A stretch of 64,000 bases of DNA from Eledone cirrhosa (GCA_964016885.1 CAXHJY010000744.1:62001-126000); one strand, 5' to 3'. Shown: positions 39,494 to 53,628, counted from the first letter of the stretch. The notes: a model not told the origin generated them from the sequence alone. Translations and numbers: made by a program.

Positions 39494-39990
39494 AAGTGAC
39501 GTCCAAACGAGTATCTTCCACCACCAACTAACTTGCCCTCCACCAATGGGTCCTAGCTGGCAGGATGGAGAATGCATTACTCCGGAGGACGGTGAGGGAG
39601 ACGCGCTGAAAAAGTCACTCCACATCGCGAGAATCGCACCTACGGGCGGCCAACTGGATATCTGTTAAATGGAATGCAAAAGAAACTTCTCGTAAATTAA
39701 TGATGTTTATGATGATGATGATGATGATGATGATGGAAGCAGTTGATAGTGATGGTATTTAGGACGAGGAAGACAATAAATATTATATATACATAATACA
39801 TAGAGTGAGTGAAAATAGAGTGAGAAGTGAAACGAGTATTCCTCACCTTCATCTAACTCCGGCAGACAGGATGGAGAATACATTTCCCCGGAGGATGGCG
39901 AGGGAGACGCACTGAAACAGCCACTCCACCTCGTGGGAATCGCACCTGTAGGCGGCCAACTGGAACAGCCACTTCACCTCGTGGGAGATG
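39494..39990. repeat. Direct duplication of a GC-rich segment of about 150 bp
   Basis: AAACGAGTAT...CAGGATGGAGAAT...GAGGGAGACGC.CTGAAA..G.CACTCCAC...GAATCGCACCT..GGCGGCCAACTGGA at 39494-39659 and 39826-39965. Confidence 0.85.
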
Positions 39991-40159
39991 ATGTTAAACA
40001 AAATAAATAAATTAGAATAAGTGCAAAATGTTTTATTTAATCAATTATACATAAACAAATTATGTCAACTATATTTTTCATAAAGAAGTTATACAATGGT
40101 GAAAATATGAAAGATAAAAATAATTGAAATGATAAAGTAAATAAATTATGTGGGTATGT

Positions 40160-40720
40160 GAGAACAGCTCTGCCGAGAAGGCATGAGGCTGAATTAAGTG
40201 CAAGAATTGCAGGAGCTTGTACGCCAGCTTCAGCATTCGGTAATCAACAGAAGCGAGGTAGGCGTAAAAGCCAAACTCACTATCTTCAGTTCGGTATTCG
40301 TGCCAATTCTAACCTATGGCGATGAATCTTGGGTAATGACCGAAAGAATACGATCGTGAATACAAGCGGCCGGAATGAGGATCCTCCGATAAAATGTGTA
40401 CCTCGGAGATCAGAGAGTCGCTCTGTACCGCTACTTCTCCGAATTGAGAAATCACAACTCCGATACTATGGGCATGTGGTTAGAATATCTCAGGAAAGAA
40501 TCGCTGGACAGATTTTATGGACAAAACCAACTGGCAGAAGACCCAGGGGTAGACCCCGAGAAAAATGGTTGGATAACATCTATGAGTTTGCCTGTTCTCG
40601 CTTGGAGATTCAGCCCAATCAGTTAGAGATGGTTGCTTCTGACAGGACCCATTGGAAGGAGTGTTTGAGGAGGACTCTGTCCCCATGACCCTGTCAAGAA
40701 GAAGAAAAAGAAGAAGAAGG
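40160..40720 (+). pseudogene. RTE-clade (Rex3/Expander-like) LINE 3' end
   Basis: KAKLTIFSSVFVPILTYGDESWVMT, PLLLRIEKSQLRYYGHVVRI and PTGRRPRGRPREKWLDNI, then a (GAA)n-like tail. Confidence 0.9.
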
Positions 40721-40962
40721 GTATGTGAGTTTTTATCAATTAATGAGAATATATATGAATAACATTAAGGTATGGAGTCATGTGGTCAGCTGAAGAATGT
40801 TTAGTGAATAGATGACCGATGATGATATTGATAAAATTAGTGAAAATCAGTTAATGAATTAGAAGTTAAAGAAATAGTACAATTAGCAAAAGGCTCTTCT
40901 GATAAATATGGTAATGTTAAGAAACAGTAGGTAGTATTGGTGTATAACAATAGGGTTGATAA

Positions 40963-41178
40963 AAATAATGGTTTCTGATTTAGGCACGAAGCCAACAATT
41001 TGGGGGGATGAGAAAGTCGATTAGATTGACCCAGTGTGATACTGGTACTTTATTTTATCGACCGCGTCAGAATGAAAGGCAAAACTAACCTTGGCGAGAT
41101 ATGAACGCAGAGTGTAAAGGGCCATTAATTCTATGCTGCAAGGAATGTTGTCCAACGTTCTACCGATACTACCGCCCT
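40963..41178 (-). mobile_element. SINE family A (long variant)
   Basis: Family match. TGATAAAA(A/G)TAATG lies on both flanks. Confidence 0.85.
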
Positions 41179-41829
41179 ACTGGCGTGATAAAAGTAATGA
41201 TGATAAAATAGTGATGATAGAAATATTCTGTAGTATACTACGACGACATGTATTCTACAATACTGTCAAAATCTATATTCCTAGCTGCAATGGAGATTAC
41301 AGTAATAACAAAGATAATAGTGATAATTATAAAGATGGTGGAAATAATAATAGCAATGTTGATAATGATAAAGTAAATACGGACAGGAAAATAATTTGAG
41401 AAAGAAGCGGTGATGGTGATGGTAGTAGCAATATTAATGAAAATATAAAATATAAAATATTGAATATTAGGGCTAATACTTATGCCCCGGGAAGCCAACA
41501 TTCTCAGGATGTAGAGCTGAAAAATAATTGCAACGTTGGCTTGTCCATAGTCTACAAAGTTAGAAGACGTCAGAAACTAAATTCTTTACATAATATAGAA
41601 GCTAGAAGAATTACTGCAATATGTATTTCTCAAGATACAAAGTTTAAGAAGAATTTCTGATGTGTGGTACATAACATAGACTGCGGTTCTGGTACACAAA
41701 AACAATCAGGTTTACATATTTGTGAGTGTGAGTTGGGTGTGTGTAAGTATTGGTGTGGAAAGGTCATCTGCTATTCGCACAATCCGGTACATATCATTAT
41801 TCTGTATGGTTAGGTGGTCCGTAAAAGCA

Positions 41830-42095
41830 GTAATTATCTAGTATGAAGGTTGATGTCATGGATGTGCTTGAAGAGACACAAGTCAAAATTCTTTGTATGC
41901 AAACAAGGACAAAGTTGTTTTTCTCGTGAGTTCAGTATATTGGTTAATAAAGCGAAGATGTTTAGTTTTTCTGCCGTACATAAATTACATTTCGTGCCCC
42001 GTCTATTATACGCTTTCGCTTTCGCCACAATACAGCATTTGATGGCGAGATTTACTTTTGCAAAGATGTTGAGTTCTGCTATCACATTTCCTTGA
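41830..42095 (-). pseudogene. Penelope-like ORF C-terminus fragment
   Basis: KAKAYNRRGTKCNLCTAEKLNI....LNSREKQLCPCLH matches the CxLCxxEK..LNxRxE...CxH tail of PLE GIY-YIG domains. Confidence 0.8.
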
Positions 42096-42765
42096 ACGTA
42101 TTTAGGTGTTGAGAGAAACGGGATATGAAGATGTTTTCAGTCAGTCCTACACATTTTTACTCATACTTCTACTTTCGTAAATTTATAGAAAAGCACCCAC
42201 TGGTGTTCGGTACGAACATTTTTCCAAAGTTTTTCGTATGTTTTCAACTTAGCTGATCTTTAACTCACTTCCAATCGACTTTTTTCCGAAAACGAAAAGG
42301 ATGAGACCGAGGGAAGAACGCTTGGAATTATGCACACTCGGAGTATTCTCTGACGGTTTTCAACGAATTTGACCTTAAACCAAGTCGGAAGTGACTCGTT
42401 TCATAGAAAAGGAAGTGTGAGGGAGCCTTGAATTTTCGCTTTTGGAGGTTTCTTCGGTTTATGAGAATTTTTTCCCTATGATATTTCGTGTTTTCAACAA
42501 ATCTGATTTGAAAACGAATAATTTCCAATGGTTTTAAAAGTCAGATTTTTTGAAAATATACAACTTTAAAGAAAGCTCGTTTCATCTAATCTCTAAATCT
42601 GTCGGAAGGGACCCTCGGAGTTTTCTTTACGGGTGTGTGTTTTAAGAAATATGATTTTTATAACCGTCGGAAATCATTCATTTTTTGTATTCAACTGTAC
42701 CTCACGACAAATGTCGAAATATTGTGGCTGCGAGAGGGGAGGGATAGATTTTGAGCTACAGTTAG

Positions 42766-42878
<113 letters not shown>

Positions 42879-43019
42879 GGTGGAGAGAGATAGCCGAACA
42901 TACATAGGGACATGTAAATCACTTCCTGGTAGGTCAGCCATCTAAAGCAACACCAATAACACGTTTTGCCAATGTGTGTTTTTCTTTATGAAGTAGTCGT
43001 ACTCGAACAGGAGTTGACT

Positions 43020-43500
43020 TCTACCATATATGTATGCCAGGTCACTCTTCAGCACTGCAGGTAACATGTACCTAGTACATGTGCATGGTCGGGTCGTCGG
43101 TGACTAAACCGGCATCCCCGCCAAGCTTGCTTGTGGGATGAAAAGCGAAACACGTTAAAGGGCGGAGAAACTCAGGAGAGTTAACGGCCATCCAATAAAG
43201 TTTTTTTTTTTTTGTGGAGTGAGAAAGCCCCTTGTCTTCATTAAGACATCCCTTTAGGAGAAGGTAACTCTGATATAAAACCTGCGACTTCGTTTGCATC
43301 CAATGATGTAAACGAGTTCTACTTTTTGGGTAAATGTATTCTATGTTCAGTGAGTGGGATTGGCCCCGTACAAAGCCTTTCCTCACTTAAAATAGCTTCA
43401 AGCACTGGCATCACTTGATATGTGACATTTTTGGCGATGCATGGCATTGCTGGACATAGGCAAGTCCCTAATAGGACTAAAAAGCCACGTCCTTGATGCT
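43020..43500 (+). mobile_element. Probable 5' UTR of an RTE-type retrotransposon
   Basis: GC-rich structured island with AAAGGGCGGAGAAACTC and TAGGAGAAGGTAACTCTGA..AAACCT, motifs recalled from RTE 5' regions. No ORF. Confidence 0.45.
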
Positions 43501-44529
43501 CATGATTAAGTATGACGCGATGGCATTATTCGAAATCGAGTTGCAACCATGAACATCATGTATGTATGTATAGATGGATCTATGTATGGATGGGTGGATG
43601 TATGTATTAATGTATTAATGTATGTACACAAAAAAACATATATCACAATCTAGCCATTGATATCATTTTAAGAATACGTCTTCTTCTGCTTCCATTTATC
43701 TATATGCAGAAGCTTACTACAAATTTATTTCATTTTTTTTAATCAGTTGTCATTAGAAATATTCGATAACTGATCGCATTGTCTCGATAATTATACTGAT
43801 ATGTTATTTTCATTGATATGTTAACTACAAGCGAATGATGAATTTTTAAAAAATCATTGATGAGGTTCACTATAGTTTTCTGTCTTCTATCCCTTTCTTA
43901 GTTATTAACTTCTTAAGCAGAAGAATTATTAACATTAAGAATTGAAAGAAAAATGTTATTATTATAAGAGCTATAATGAAACATATGTACTGTACTACAA
44001 ATATTATTTCGATTGTAATATTTTTTCCCTTATATGATTGCGTTCTCTTCCTCCTAATACGTAAACATAATTAACTACAGAAAAGAATGGAGTAAAAAAA
44101 ATAGCGTCTTATATACATTAGGCTTTAGTTTCAGTGGTAGGTCTAATATGATACTCGGTTTTCTATCATGCTTGAACATCTTCAGGGTTGTTGTTATCAC
44201 TAAGGCCAACTTGGCAGTCGCCTTGGGCGGAGACAACACAGAGGTGTATTACTAAATTTAAAGTATACAATAGATAATATCCTGCGATCAATAAATAAAT
44301 CACTAAACATCTTGGCTAGCGTTGTAGAATTATTCAAAGTAATAGAGAAGGTCGTATGGTGTTATGACGTGTCACAGAATTTAGCGTATATATGTATATA
44401 ATCATATGTACAAGTCATAATTATACTCCGGAGTAAACAGACCAACTTGAGTAATTCGCTGAGTGCTCTACCCTGCATACAAAAGTGTCGATGATCAACT
44501 AACACATACTTTAATTAATTTATGTATGC

Positions 44530-44577
<48 letters not shown>

Positions 44578-44625
44578 ATATGTATCTTTATTTGTGTATG
44601 TGTGTATGTATGTATGTATGTATGT

Positions 44626-44659
<34 letters not shown>

Positions 44660-44662
44660 ATG

Positions 44663-44711
<49 letters not shown>

Positions 44712-44714
44712 ATG

Positions 44715-44763
<49 letters not shown>

Positions 44764-44765
44764 TA

Positions 44766-44816
<51 letters not shown>

Positions 44817-44844
44817 GTAGTTCTACAACAGTTAGTTCACCATT

Positions 44845-44887
44845 ACTGAGAACAATTGTTTCACCTTATTCGCATCATCAGCTCGGT
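44845..44887 (-). ncRNA. Minimal hammerhead candidate with a decayed stem II
   Basis: rc ACCGAG CTGATGA TGCGAATAAGGT GAAA C AATT G T T CTCAGT. It lies in a 155-bp island between two (TA)n runs. Confidence 0.55.
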
Positions 44888-44963
44888 TTAAATGAGGTTG
44901 TACCAAACTCGTCCCATCGACTGAGTACTCTACTACTACGGATATAATCCACCAGTGTTCTAC

Positions 44964-45004
<41 letters not shown>

Positions 45005-45115
45005 TATATATATATGTATATACATTATATACATGTATATAGGCACGCATGTGTGTGTCTGTGTGTGTCTGTGCAGTGTAGTGTACATGCTGTAACTGTA
45101 AGTAACAGAATAGGA

Positions 45116-45305
45116 AATAATTGTTTCTACTTTAGGCACAAGGCCAGCAATTATCCCAGTGCATCACTGGTTTATTTTATCGACCCCGTAAGGATGAAAG
45201 GCAAAGTTAACCTCGGCGGGATTTGAACTCAGAATGGCAATGGCCGTAACTCTATGCGTCAAAGCATGCTGTCCGATCCTCTACCGATACTGCCAATCTA
45301 CCACT
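45116..45305 (-). mobile_element. SINE family A (short variant)
   Basis: Matches the other family A copies from head to tail. Confidence 0.9.
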
Positions 45306-45579
45306 TGAGATCAGTAGGAACCCTCAAAATTATATGTTCATACTACTCACGAGCATAATGTTGTGTGTTCTATTTCTAGACTGGACGGTGTGTTCTTCAG
45401 CTAGACACTTTATTTCACGTTGCTTTACATAATAGGAATGGAGTTTCTATCATTAGTACACCTAAGAAACTTCTTATGATACCATCTAAACCGACATAGT
45501 TATAAGCTGTAGATTTCATTTCATTTTCATTTCTGCCTTAATCAGTGTCACACCTTTGGACGTAATTAGTAACGTGTAT

Positions 45580-45780
45580 TAATGGCTTCTGATTTAGGTA
45601 CAAGGCCAGCAATTTTTAAGGGAGGGGAAGGTCGATTAAATCTTTATTTTATCGACCCCGTGGGGATAAAAGACAAAACTAATCATGGCAGGATTTGAAA
45701 TTAGAACTTAAAGGGCCGTAACTCTATGCTGTGAAGCATGTTGTCCGACACTCTACCGATTCTGCTAATCCACCGCCCTT
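45580..45780 (-). mobile_element. SINE family A (long variant, internal deletion)
   Basis: Family match ending CTGCTAATCCACCGCCCTT. Confidence 0.85.
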
Positions 45781-46253
45781 AGCATAGGGTGTTAATAGAT
45801 TTTTATTCTTATGTGGATCGTGTAATTTTTTTCTTCTTAAGAGTACCTCCGGGCTTTTATTGTTTCAAAATACAAAGATATTCATATTTTTCATACCCTA
45901 CCTTGTTCCATCATGTCATTAGATAGTTCCAGTTGGGAGTGGTTGATATGCTATATCAATCAACAAGCCCTGGGTCCTTTTGACACTTCTGTTTCCATGA
46001 GACCCATCTAGTAACTCATTGTTCTTTCAAGTGACATATTGATCCTCTAAACACAACTCAAGCTGAGAGTAATTGCCTCTTTGCAGAAATCCCAACAGTA
46101 ATTAAAGAACAAATTTGTCGGTAAACACTTCCATTTACGCCAGCCAAAATTACTCATCCTCTCTCATATCAAATGACTATTGGAGTCGATTCAATTGACT
46201 ATTAATTTATGGCATCGTGCCATTTTACTGAAATCATTATCGTTATTATTGCA

Positions 46254-46700
46254 AGGCAGGACAGTGGATTAGCAGACTCGATGGAGCGTCGAACAAACTG
46301 CGTCGATGTATTTGTTCCGGGTCTTTACGTTCTGCATTCAGATGAAATATGTATTTCATCTTTCCGGGCTATATAAAATAAGGTACCAGTCAAATACTGA
46401 TGATGATTCAATCAACTTCCTCTCCCTTGCACTTGTTGGCCTTGTGTCTAAAATTAGAAACCTCTATTATTGCAGGTCAGATCAGTGGATTAAAAGAGTC
46501 ATTCAGTGTAGCTTAAACTTCCTTGCGGTATTTGTTCTGTTTTTTTGTGTTCTGAGTTCAAATATCGCTAAGATCAACTTTACCTTTCGTTCTTCCGAGA
46601 TTAAGATAAAGTATCAGTCAAACACTAGGATTGATTTAATCGACTTATCACCCCTTCCTCTTAAATTGGTGGTATTGTGTCTAAATTAGAAACAATCACT
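46254..46700 (+). mobile_element. Two old tandem SINE A-related copies
   Basis: GTGGATTAGCAG...TTTCATCTTTCCGGG..ATAAAATAAGGTACCAG...GGCCTTGTGTCTAAATTAGAAAC. A second unit spans 46478-46700. Confidence 0.75.
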
Positions 46701-47549
46701 ATTGTTATTGTTAAGGCAGTGAAGTTTCAAAATGTTTTGCGATATTTATTCTGATTTTTTAAGTTAAAATCCGGCGCCCTTATGACTCCATAAGGAGTTG
46801 CGGAACCATACAATTGTTTAGCACTTGCTCACCCTTACTTCTCATATAGTTTAACCGAACTGCAGATAAATGAACCACGTAGAAGTCTCTTCATTGTTTC
46901 ACTATACATTTAAATTGGATGGGAGTCTATTTTGTTGTACTATTGGGTCTACCGTCAGCCATGCTTTTAAATGAACAGCTCATAGCCTCAAATCTCTCAA
47001 ACTCTTCTCCTTTCCATATACACCATCCTCACACACCTTCCTCACACACCCACCCCCAATCTCACCCTCCACACTCAATCCCCCGCCCCCATCTCACACT
47101 CCACCCACTCACACCCGACCCCAATTTCACCCTCCACATTCACCTACCCCCATCTCACCCTCCACATTCACCCTCCACATTCACCCTCCACATTCACCCT
47201 CCACATTCACCCTCCACACTAACCCCCCTCCATCTCACCCTCCACACTCACCTTCCACACACCGTCTACTCCCAACTTTTACTCAACAGCCACACAACAC
47301 CCATCCACACCACCTCCACACTACCTCCTTGCCTCATATACAGATCTTCCCCCTCCTACTTCATGGTACTAAAACAAACGAGTATGAAGCTGCTTCTAAT
47401 ACACATACGTATGCTCTCATTTACATTAGTGTGTAAGATAAAGAGAGAGCTCTTTATCTTACACACATAATACGTAATACATATATAGATAAACACAAAG
47501 ACACACATGATGACATAAATATACATACATACACACACACACACAAACG

Positions 47550-47606
<57 letters not shown>

Positions 47607-47607
47607 A

Positions 47608-47647
<40 letters not shown>

Positions 47648-47863
47648 CATAATTTATATATATATATATATATACATATATATACATACTTTCTCTTTAT
47701 ATCACATAGAGATACGTATACACAAACTTATGTACTCTCTCTATCATTCTCTTTATATATATGTATGTGTGTGTGTGTATGTATGTGTGTGTGTCTATGT
47801 ATCATACATATAAATATATACATATATATACATATATATACATATACATATATATATAAATCA

Positions 47864-47898
<35 letters not shown>

Positions 47899-48027
47899 AA
47901 TATATATTATGGTTGGTGCTCTGGAATAAATATATATATACATATATGTGGAGGGAGAGATTCCAACCAGAATGGTTGCATTTTTTAAGGGTATGTCAAT
48001 ATTTATTTATAAAACTAACCTATATTA

Positions 48028-48093
48028 TATTTTATCTGATGAAAGCGCACCATAGTTTACCTTGGTGGCCCTTGAAATATGTATAATGAAATA
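48028..48093 (+). ncRNA. Type I hammerhead ribozyme (family D)
   Basis: Stem I TATTTTAT/ATGAAATA (8 bp). CTGATGA at 48036-48042. Stem II AAGCGCACCA/TGGTGGCCCTT. GAAA at 48074-48077, stem III T-ATGT-A, AUA site after 48085. Confidence 0.85.
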
Positions 48094-48157
48094 AATATGG
48101 TTTTATAAATATAGTTTCCATTTGTTAATATATTGTATATATACATATATATTTATA

Positions 48158-48210
<53 letters not shown>

Positions 48211-49049
48211 CATAGACACACACACACACATAGATTTACACACAGTCATACATACATACACGCACACATACATTCATGTATATATCACACACACATTAAC
48301 ACAGTTACACACACACACGCACAGAAACACATACACAAACGCGCTCTCTCATACACACACACAAACAAACACACACATACACTCACACAGACACACACAC
48401 AAAAGCTCTGGAATACTTTTGCCTTCTGTTTTGTTTTATATTTCTTTGTTTATTGTTTACGTAGTTTTAATTCTTAAGTGGTATGGTGGTGTTCCCAGTT
48501 TTCCCAACATGGCCACCTTCCGCCTCCTCCTCCTCCTCATTCTTCTTCTTTTTTTTTTTTTTTCTTTTTTTTTTTCTTCTTTTTCTTCTTGTTTTTCTTC
48601 TTCGTCCTTTCCGTCATCGGCGTCATTATCATTATCGTTGTCGTCATCATCATCATCATCATCACCATCACCATCATAGTAATCGTCGTCATCATCCTCC
48701 TGCTACGGCACCCCCCCCACCACCACCCCATACCCCCACCCCACCCACCAGCAACAACACCATCCCCCACCACCACCACGACCATCACCACCATTACCAC
48801 CACCACCAACAACAACAACAAACCCCCCAACCATCCTCACCACCGCCACCACCACCACCACCACCAACAACAACAACCACAACAACCCCCAACCATCCCC
48901 ACCACCACCACCACCACCACCACCACCAACCACCCCAACCACCCCAACCATCCCCACCACCACCATCATCATCATTATCACCGTGGTATAGTCATCCCTT
49001 TCTCCCCCACCCCACGCCACCCCATCAATAACAACAAACATCATTGCAG

Positions 49050-49240
49050 TAATAATGGTTTCCAATGTCGGCACAAGGTCAGCAATGTTGTGAGGAGCTG
49101 ATATATCAGTATTTGGCTGCTATTTATTTTATCAAGCTTGGAAGAACTAAAGGCAAAGTTGACCTCGGCGGGATTTGAGCTCCGGTCCGTAGTTAAAGGC
49201 CGCAAAAACATGGGTCGACGCTCCACCAATTCTGCCATTC
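49050..49240 (-). mobile_element. SINE family A-related, diverged
   Basis: GGCACAAGGTCAGCAA...AAAGGCAAAGTTGACCTCGGCGGGATTTGAGCTC...CTGCCATTC. Confidence 0.8.
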
Positions 49241-50049
49241 AAGCCCCACTCAACTACAACAATGACAGCAACAGCAACAACATCCTTTTACAACCTTCTC
49301 CTTCTCCCCTCTCCTCCTCCTTCTCTCCTCGCTCTCGTTATAGGGAGGGGGGAGGGACAAGAAGAAGAAGAAACGACAACAACAACAGCAGCAACAACAA
49401 CAACAATAACAACAGCAGCAACAACAACAACAGCAACAGCAACAACAACAACAGCAGCAACAACAGCAACAGTAACAACAACAACAACAACAGCAACAAC
49501 AACAACAACAACAACAACAGCAACAACATCCCATCACAGCATTTTCCTCCTCACCCCTTACCCTCACCCTCATCTTCCTCACATTCTTATATCTATATTA
49601 TCATTAATCTCCTCCTTCCCAAATTCCACGTCTGCTCTCCCTCCTCCCCCCCCCCCCCCCCCACCCCACTCCGAGACTTCCTATATCTACAACAACAACA
49701 CTAACAACATCCTACCACAACCGCCTACCCCTCCCCCACCCTCCATCCCCGCCCCTACACCAACTTCTTACATGTATAGTATCGTCATCATCATCACCTC
49801 CCTCCCCCACACACACACTTTCTCTTCTTTTCTCCTTCACCCTTCTTCCATCTATAAAAACACCAACAACACCAACAACAATATCCCTTCACACAAGGAA
49901 AAAAAACAACAAAAAAACTGAACCTAAATCTATTTTCATATTATATTCCACCGCCGCCATCAACCCCGGCAGTCCTACCTCATCTACGCCCCCCCCTCTC
50001 CTTTTCTTTATTCTCTTTTCTCGCTTTCTCTCCTCCAACACATCTCTTG

Positions 50050-51090
50050 CATACATACATACATGCATACATTCATACATACATACATACATGCATACAT
50101 ACATACATACATACATACATACATACATACATACATACATACATTCATACATTCATACATATATGCATGCATACATACATACATACATATATGCATACAT
50201 ACATACATACATATATGCATACATACATACATGCATGCATGCATACATACATATATACATACATATACACATACATATATACATACATATACACATACAT
50301 GCATACATACATACATGCATGCATGCATGCATACATACATATATACATACATATATGCACACATACATACATACATACATACAAACATACATACATCCAT
50401 GCAGCATACATACCTATATACATACATACATATATACATCCATATATACATACATACAAGCATGTATGCATACATACATACATGTATATATACATCATCC
50501 ATACATACACACATCCTCAATACACATATACACACATCCAGTTCCTCTCTCCCTTATTTTCCTATTCCCTCCCCACTGTCACCCCTACCAACACCAACAC
50601 CCCCAACACCACCAACACCACCACCACCAGCAACACCACCACCACCACTACCACCACCACCACACCACCACCACCAACACCACCACCACCACCACCACCA
50701 CCACCACCAACACCACCACACCACCACCATCACCACCACACCAACACCACCAACACTACCACCACACAACCACCACCACCACACCAACACTACCACCACA
50801 CCAACACCACACCACCACCACCACCACCACCACCACACCACCATCCCAACACCACCACCACCACACCAACACTACCACCACACCACCTCCACCACCACAC
50901 CACCACCACCACCACCACACCACCACACCACCAACAACAACACTACCACCACCACCACACCACCTCCACCACCACACCACCACCACCACACCACCACACC
51001 AACACCACCACACCACCAACAACAACACTACCACCACCACACCACCAACAACACTACCACCACCACCACCAACACCACCACCACCACCAC
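50050..51090. repeat. (CATA)n tract (50050-50520) and (CCA)n tract (50580-51090)
   Basis: Seen directly in the sequence. Confidence 0.97.
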
Positions 51091-51180
51091 CTTCATGTAC
51101 ACTTCCTTCTCATTAAAATCATCTTTACATTCGTCGTCATCCCTGGAAAATAGCTGTTGCAATTGTCTGAATCTGTTTAT
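51091..51180 (-). CDS. Candidate 90-nt phase-0 exon (INRFRQLQQLFSRDDDECKDDFNEKEVYMK), product unknown
   Basis: Unique island between two microsatellites. The reverse complement has TACTTTAG| then an open 30-codon frame then AAG|GTGGTG. No recognised homology and a weak donor. Confidence 0.2.
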
Positions 51181-51192
51181 CTAAAGTAGACC

Positions 51193-51689
51193 AGACAGAC
51201 ACACACCACACACACACACACACCACACACACACCACACACACACACACCACACACACACACACACACACAGAGACACACACACACACACAGACACACAC
51301 CACACACACACACAACACACACACACACACACCACACACACCACACACACACACACACAGACACACAGACACACACACAGACACACACACACACACAGAC
51401 ACAGACACACACCCACACACACACCCACACACACACACAGACAGACACACAGACACACACACAAACACACACACAGACACACACACACACACACCACACA
51501 CACACACACACACGCACACACACACCACACACACACAGACACACACACCACACACATACCACACACACACACCACACACACAGACACACACAGACACACA
51601 GACACACACACACCACACACACACACACACACACAGACACACACCCACACACACACACCACACACACACACCACACGCACACACACACA

Positions 51690-51720
<31 letters not shown>

Positions 51721-51960
51721 CACACCCACACCACACACACCACACCCACACACACACACACCACACCCACACCACACACACACATACACACACACACCAC
51801 ACACACACACAGACACACACACACACACCACACAGACACACACACAGACACACAACACACACACACACACATACACACACACACCACACACACACACACA
51901 CACCACACAGACACACACGCACCACACACACAGACACACACACACCACACACACACACAG

Positions 51961-51994
<34 letters not shown>

Positions 51995-52017
51995 ACAGAC
52001 ACACAGACGCACACACA

Positions 52018-52049
<32 letters not shown>

Positions 52050-52158
52050 ACACCACACACACACACAGACACACACACACCACACACACAGACACACACA
52101 CAGACACACATACACCACACACACACAGACACACAGACACACACACACCACACACACA

Positions 52159-52207
<49 letters not shown>

Positions 52208-52318
52208 CACACACACACACAGACACACACACACACACACACACCACACACACACACACAGACACACACACACCACACACACACATACACACACACAGAC
52301 ACACACACCACACACACA

Positions 52319-52355
<37 letters not shown>

Positions 52356-52379
52356 ACAGACACACACACAACACACACA

Positions 52380-52410
<31 letters not shown>

Positions 52411-52445
52411 CCACACACACACAGACACACACACACCACACACAG
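51193..52445. repeat. 1.25-kb interrupted (CA)n array
   Basis: Seen directly in the sequence. Confidence 0.99.
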
Positions 52446-52583
52446 ATAGACAGATAGCTAGACAGACAGACTGATAGACAGATAGACAGACTGCGAGATA
52501 GATAGATAGATATAATTCACCGTCCTGAACACTAGTTCTACTACATTTACCTTTGTATGTTTCGAAGTGCATGTGTACGTATG

Positions 52584-52731
<148 letters not shown>

Positions 52732-53096
52732 TTCCACAATAATTCCACAATAAAATAAACTATGGAGGCTCTTCTAATATCAGATGATAGGACATACGTG
52801 ACACCAATTATAAAATCTCCGATACTTCAACCGTTGAAAAATTTTAAATCAGGCGTCTATGATCTCCTACCACTTCAATGATAATTTGCTTATCACGTGG
52901 TCAATTCTGATTTTGAAGATGGATCTGTTAAAGCTGTTAAACGTTAATATACACATGGATATAGCAACGATGCTTTCCAAACTAAGCATAACGGATTAAT
53001 AAGGAAGTACGAAAAAACCTTAATAAAAATTATCAATCTGGGGCACAGTAATCTTTTCAATTTAAACGTTTGTAAGCAAAGCTATTGCATACTCTT

Positions 53097-53139
<43 letters not shown>

Positions 53140-53140
<1 letters not shown>

Positions 53141-53320
53141 AGTAATAATAATAAATTTGAAGACTAAAATCCAAAGAGGGCTCGATAAGGATAAATATAT
53201 ATCAAATATATAAGAACCGTAGAGCAAATATTTATTAAAATAACAGATTAAAGTTTAAGCAAAGAATCGCTGCTTTCACTCTTAACGGGATCTTCTGAAA
53301 ATCTGTTATTTTAATAAATA
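53140..53320 (-). mobile_element. Family E repeat (pLTR-like, with a CAGAAGA hammerhead-like motif) in (TA)n
   Basis: Matches 21977-22062 and 26843-26966. Confidence 0.75.
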
Positions 53321-53342
53321 TATATATAATATATATAGGAAC

Positions 53343-53550
53343 GATCGACTTTCGTCAAATCGGACCGAGGAAACAATGTTTCCATTGGTCTTTCAAATTG
53401 CTAATACTATCTATCGGTCGCAACTCCAGGTAGAAGGAGCAACGTGAAATAAAGTGTCTTGCTCAAGGACATAACGCATCGCCTAGTCTGAGAATCGAAC
53501 TCACAACCTCACGATCGCGAATTCCAATTCTCTAACCACTCACCCACACG
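53343..53550 (-). mobile_element. CORE-like SINE head plus attached sequence; duplicated at 54523-54692
   Basis: GATCGACTTTCGTCAAATCGGACCGAGG...GAGCAAC.TGAAATA.AGTGTCTTGCTCAAGGACA is present twice. Confidence 0.85.

Positions 53551-53628
<78 letters not shown>

Noticed and set aside
41645-41716. Hammerhead-like remnant downstream of the 41.8-kb PLE fragment
   Set aside because: The core reads CTGATTG, and stems I and III cannot be formed.
44150-44192. rc CTGAAGA...GAAA motif (similar weak motifs at about 29150-29245 and 30785-30830)
   Set aside because: The stems are inconsistent or GAAA is broken. These may be old relics but cannot be supported.
52770-53095. Possible decayed PLE RT C-terminal region
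   Set aside because: Only a vague resemblance, with multiple stops. It cannot be supported without a profile search.
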